A stretch of DNA of 64,000 nucleotides from a candidate division FCPU426 bacterium (lineage in GTDB: Bacteria; Oederibacteriota; PGYV01; Palsa-1178), in assembly GCA_963840035.1 (NCBI GenBank), contig CAWIXE010000002.1:64001-128000 (forward strand). The letters are read 5' to 3'. Both the position numbers and the translations under genes were made by a program. The notes beneath the pieces were generated by a model. That model did no database searches. It was given only the letters and a program-made list of their open reading frames with translations, and had not been told where the DNA came from. Of the stretch, positions 61,534 through 64,000 are shown piece by piece (positions within the stretch are counted from its first letter, which is position 1; every line of letters begins with the position of its first letter).

Positions 61534-62685
61534 ATGCAATACAGGCCATTTGGAAATGACGGTTGGAAAGTATCCGCCCTTAGTTTCGGCGCCATGAGGC
61601 TGCCGATGATGCCCGGCGTGGATAAAGTGGACGAGGCGGAAGCCATAAGGATAATGCGCTACGGAATTGATAAGGGCATCAATTACATTGATACCGCCTA
61701 TTTTTACCACAACGGTATGAGCGAAGAGATTGTGGGAAAGACTTTAAAGGACGGTTACAGGGCGAAAGTCAGGATAGCGACCAAGCTGCCGGTCGGGCTT
61801 ATGAAAGAAGAGGCTGATTTTGACAAGTTCCTGAACCTTCAGTTAAAAAGGCTGGATGTGGACTACATTGATTATTACCTTTTCCACGGCATCGGCGACG
61901 GCGGGCTTGCGGCGATGAGGAAATTTGACCTGTTTAAGAAAATGGAAGACGCGAAAAAGGCGGGCAAAATAAAGCACATAGGATTTTCATTCCATGACAA
62001 GGCAGAGTCGTTCATCCGTGTTATTGACAGCTATGACAAATGGGAATTCTGCCAGATACAGTATAACTACATGGACACAGACAATCAGGCGGGGACAGCA
62101 GGATTAAAATACGCGGCTTCAAAGAACATCCCGGTAGTGGTTATGGAGCCGCTGCTCGGAGGAAGGCTCGCAAGGCCGCCTAAAAAAATAGCCGATATGT
62201 TCAGCGAATTCATCATACAGAGGACGCCTGCTGAGTGGGCGCTGCAGTGGATTTGGAACCACCCGGAAGTATCAACCATATTAAGCGGCATGTCTAACTT
62301 TGAGCAGGTGGAGGAAAATTTAAAATCAGCCCACAGGTCCAGGCCTGACCAGTTAAGCGGCGGGGAAAAGACCCTAATATTCATGGCCAAGGGAGAATTC
62401 CAGAAACGCACCGTAATCCCCTGCACCAAATGCGAATACTGCATGCCATGCCCGCAGGGAGTGGCAATACCGAGGAACTTTGAATTATATAATGAAGGCG
62501 CGGTATACGGCGACCCGGGCTCGCCAAGGTACACATATAAGCTGTGGATGAAACCTGAAGACAGGGCGTCAGCCTGCACCGGCTGTAAAGTGTGCGAGGA
62601 AAAATGTCCGCAGAAGATAAACATAAGCGAATGGATGCCGAAAGTTAACGATATAATGACAGGCAAGGCGGAGTATCCGGAGTAA
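61534..62685 (+). CDS. Aldo/keto reductase with C-terminal 4Fe-4S dicluster
   Basis: FGAMRLP, INYIDTAY.YH, MEPL.GG, CTKCEYCMPCP, CTGCKVCEEKCP. Confidence 0.9.
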   Translation: MQYRPFGNDGWKVSALSFGAMRLPMMPGVDKVDEAEAIRIMRYGIDKGINYIDTAYFYHNGMSEEIVGKTLKDGYRAKVRIATKLPVGLMKEEADFDKFLNLQLKRLDVDYIDYYLFHGIGDGGLAAMRKFDLFKKMEDAKKAGKIKHIGFSFHDKAESFIRVIDSYDKWEFCQIQYNYMDTDNQAGTAGLKYAASKNIPVVVMEPLLGGRLARPPKKIADMFSEFIIQRTPAEWALQWIWNHPEVSTILSGMSNFEQVEENLKSAHRSRPDQLSGGEKTLIFMAKGEFQKRTVIPCTKCEYCMPCPQGVAIPRNFELYNEGAVYGDPGSPRYTYKLWMKPEDRASACTGCKVCEEKCPQKINISEWMPKVNDIMTGKAEYPE

Positions 62686-62689
62686 GGGC

Positions 62690-62723
62690 AATTAACAATT
62701 TACAATTAAGAATTAACAATTAT
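62690..62723. repeat. Heptamer array (AATTWAC-type)
   Basis: aattaac aatttac aattaag aattaac aattat. Confidence 0.7.
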
Positions 62724-62880
62724 GGTCTATTGCTGCGGGCCGGTGGCCCCTGCAATATTATAGTAAGGCGCGGATATATAGGTTCCTAAATTTTCTTTTA
62801 GCGGTTGCCTCCAGCTTTGCGGGACATGGCCATGTGACGGCCCGCACGGTTGAGTCACGTTGTGTTGTTTTGTTTTTTTA

Positions 62881-62968
62881 TCCCTCTCCCCTTGGGAGAG
62901 GGTAGGGTGAGGGGAAGTGAAAACTTGATTCACATCACCCCAGCCCCTCTCCTATATAGGAGAGGGGA
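62881..62968. repeat. Inverted pair of CCCTCTCC/GGAGAGGG palindromes
   Basis: ccctctccccttgggagagggtagggtgagg ... tcaccccagcccctctcctatataggagagggg. Confidence 0.75.
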
Positions 62969-63042
62969 AGAAATACCCACATACCACCGCTACAAATCCT
63001 TCTTTTTGTGTTATTATATCTAAAACGACAAGGGGAAATAAA

Positions 63043-63414
63043 ATGCTTACAAAACTCTGGAAGAGCCTTATCTATGCCTTAAAAGGCGTGCAATACGGCT
63101 TTGTCACAAGAAAGAATATGACGGTTTTTGGCTGTGTCGGCATGCTCGTCGCCGCTCTTCTCATATGGCTTGGTACCTCCAAGATTAAATTCGCCATAAT
63201 CATGGCGTCATGGATGCTTGTAATAATCATTGAGATCACAAATACTGCCATAGAAAAAGTAATAGATACCATCCATCCGGGATACAGCAAAGACATAGGC
63301 CATGCTAAAGATGTTATGGCGGGGGCTGTTTTTATAAGCCTGATAACCGCGATATGCACGACAATCCTGATGATATGGGACCCGTTGATAGCAAAAATAA
63401 TGCGGATAATGTAG
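63043..63414 (+). CDS. dgkA: Diacylglycerol/undecaprenol kinase (DgkA family)
   Basis: S..YA.KG, EITNTAIE..ID, AKDVMAGAV. Confidence 0.85.
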   Translation: MLTKLWKSLIYALKGVQYGFVTRKNMTVFGCVGMLVAALLIWLGTSKIKFAIIMASWMLVIIIEITNTAIEKVIDTIHPGYSKDIGHAKDVMAGAVFISLITAICTTILMIWDPLIAKIMRIM

Positions 63415-63446
63415 TTAAATAATATATTGAAAATTAAGGGGGGAAA

Positions 63447-64000
63447 ATGAAAAAAGTATTGTTGTCTGTCCTGGCGGTTGTTCTATTCCTGTCTTTTGTA
63501 TTTTCCTGCAAGAAGAACGATCCTGCGGCGCCGGCCGACCCTACAGCTACGCGCACCATTACCTGCACTGTAACTAACACAATGTCGGTAACGGTAAGCC
63601 CGACCATTACATGTACACCCACAAGCACATCCACGCCGCCCGACCTGTATATTGATAATTTTGAGGACGGCAACCTCGCGAATTTAATCAGCACATGGGG
63701 TTCAAACTCCATGGGTGACAGCGTCATCCATTATCAGGGCCTCATCACGCCGCCCCCGGGCAACGGCTCTTACGCGTACGCCCTGACCACGACCGTACAG
63801 GTCGCCGCAGGTATGACATATGGATACGCAACCATCTCAACTGGCCCCACCGGCAGCGCTTTACCTCTTAACGCAAGAGCATATAATAAACTCATGTTCT
63901 TAAGGCGTTATAACGGAACTGTGCACGGAGGCACTAAAACCCTATTCGTGACCATAACCGACGATGTAAATATGGCGTCATATCAGATAGGGTCAGTCTT
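63447..64000 (+). CDS. Lipoprotein with Thr-rich linker and CBM11/CIA30-like domain (3'-truncated by window)
   Basis: AAGGGGGG RBS; MKKVLLSVLAVVLFLSFVFSC lipobox; TxT repeat; IDNFEDG. Confidence 0.75.
   Translation, partial: MKKVLLSVLAVVLFLSFVFSCKKNDPAAPADPTATRTITCTVTNTMSVTVSPTITCTPTSTSTPPDLYIDNFEDGNLANLISTWGSNSMGDSVIHYQGLITPPPGNGSYAYALTTTVQVAAGMTYGYATISTGPTGSALPLNARAYNKLMFLRRYNGTVHGGTKTLFVTITDDVNMASYQIGSV

Noticed and set aside
62727..62860. Possible riboswitch or ncRNA (several GC hairpins)
   Set aside because: I recognise no riboswitch consensus; they look like decayed REP-type palindromes. An Rfam search would be needed.

Overview
A 64-kb, mostly plus-strand housekeeping region from a diderm, LPS-producing bacterium. 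PorV/PorQ-like barrels, DUF2723, Thr-rich/FlgD-Ig surface proteins and frequent TTG starts suggest an uncultured lineage such as Ca. Goldiibacteriota; this placement is inference only. In order, the window holds: the end of a probable atpC; a sugar and glycogen locus (two PorV-like barrels, yjbQ, MsmK-type ATPase, GH94 phosphorylase, glgA, GH13); tRNA-Glu followed by a small islet (four-helix-bundle gene plus an AT-rich membrane gene); a type IVa pilus cluster (pilZ-like, pilT, pilC, pilA, pilD, pilMNO(P)Q) with aroC/K/B, a TPR-roadblock protein and an MglC-like protein; tRNA-fMet and tRNA-Leu; mnmG and rlmN; an LPS core cluster (msbA, gmhB, two hldA/hldC pairs, GT9, gmhA, kdsB, pyrG, kdsA); a REP-associated tyrosine transposase (RAYT) locus; rnhA and tldD; a TPAT/TRAP transporter; and several lipoproteins. 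The most unusual content is non-coding. (i) At least 15 intergenic arrays with a 7-bp period, often as inverted pairs, with different unit sequences at different loci, plus a four-helix-bundle gene next to one of them. (ii) A RAYT flanked by two-hairpin REPINs, one of which appears to enclose a cargo gene. (iii) Nested REPs and REPs with loop insertions. (iv) All three tRNAs have 3' trailer hairpins that pair with their own CCA end. Three apparent single frameshifts (second PorV-like gene, pilQ, rnhA) may be assembly errors. All family calls come from motif recognition by eye, not database searches.
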